A stretch of 64,000 nucleotides of DNA from NCBI GenBank assembly GCA_019912665.1, contig JAIOIE010000018.1, forward strand, positions 624,690 through 688,689, in the 5' to 3' direction. A program made the position numbers and the translations under genes. Origin of the DNA: Deltaproteobacteria bacterium. Its GTDB lineage: Bacteria; Desulfobacterota; GWC2-55-46. Below the pieces are notes generated by a model that worked only from the letters and a program-made list of their open reading frames with translations, searched no databases and had not been told where the DNA came from. Of this stretch, positions 63,966-64,000 are shown piece after piece (the stretch's first letter is position 1; every line of letters starts with the position of its first letter).

Positions 63966-64000
63966 AACCCGGTCGGCCTTATTCCGCCAGTTTCTTCTTA

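Noticed and set aside
63961-64000. Possible 3' end of a minus-strand gene at the window edge (tta at about 63980).
   Set aside because: Only about 20 nt of potential coding sequence are visible, so it cannot be supported.

Overview
This is a 64-kb chromosomal segment from a GC-rich bacterium. Hand counts on sample lines give about 60% GC. Arg is mostly AGG/AGA and Ile mostly ATA, which is unusual at this GC. I support about 63 protein genes, 2 tRNAs, 1 tRNA fragment, several Rho-independent terminators and three families of intergenic hairpin repeats. I saw no rRNA, CRISPR array, transposase or integrase.

Layout:
- 0-9.3 kb, housekeeping: fmt, DUF116, htpX, a PilZ protein, a TPR protein, purA-hisZ, and serA with a class V aminotransferase.
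- 9.7-17.7 kb, Arn-like glycoconjugate cluster: GT2, DegT aminotransferase, SAM methyltransferase, B12-radical SAM, and two tandem paralogous GT-C-like membrane proteins.
- 17.9-25.3 kb: cytochrome cd1 nitrite reductase nirS plus heme d1 maturation genes (nirN, two AsnC-type siroheme decarboxylase subunits, nirJ, nirF).
- 27-35.5 kb, second polysaccharide cluster: FkbM methyltransferase, epimerase, GT2, GT4, rfbBDCA, fcl.
- 36.4-38.0 kb: a sharply low-GC island with a two-gene operon of unknown function, a 2TM + GAF-like protein and a 149-aa partner.
- 39-40.3 kb: tRNA-Lys and tRNA-Arg, with a displaced copy of the tRNA-Lys 3' half about 1 kb away, read as an integration scar.
- 41-47.5 kb: cobalamin operon cobQ-cbiB...cobD, interrupted by DUF4149, dodecin and an NDP-forming acyl-CoA synthetase pair.
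- 47.5-64 kb: rsmE, a REC-PilZ regulator, yggS-proC-yggT-divIVA-yggU, an orphan radical SAM gene, rpoD and a peptide-type ABC transporter.

The strongest candidate for an undescribed system is the low-GC two-gene module at 36.58-37.95 kb. All functional calls come from motif recognition by eye; no database search was possible.
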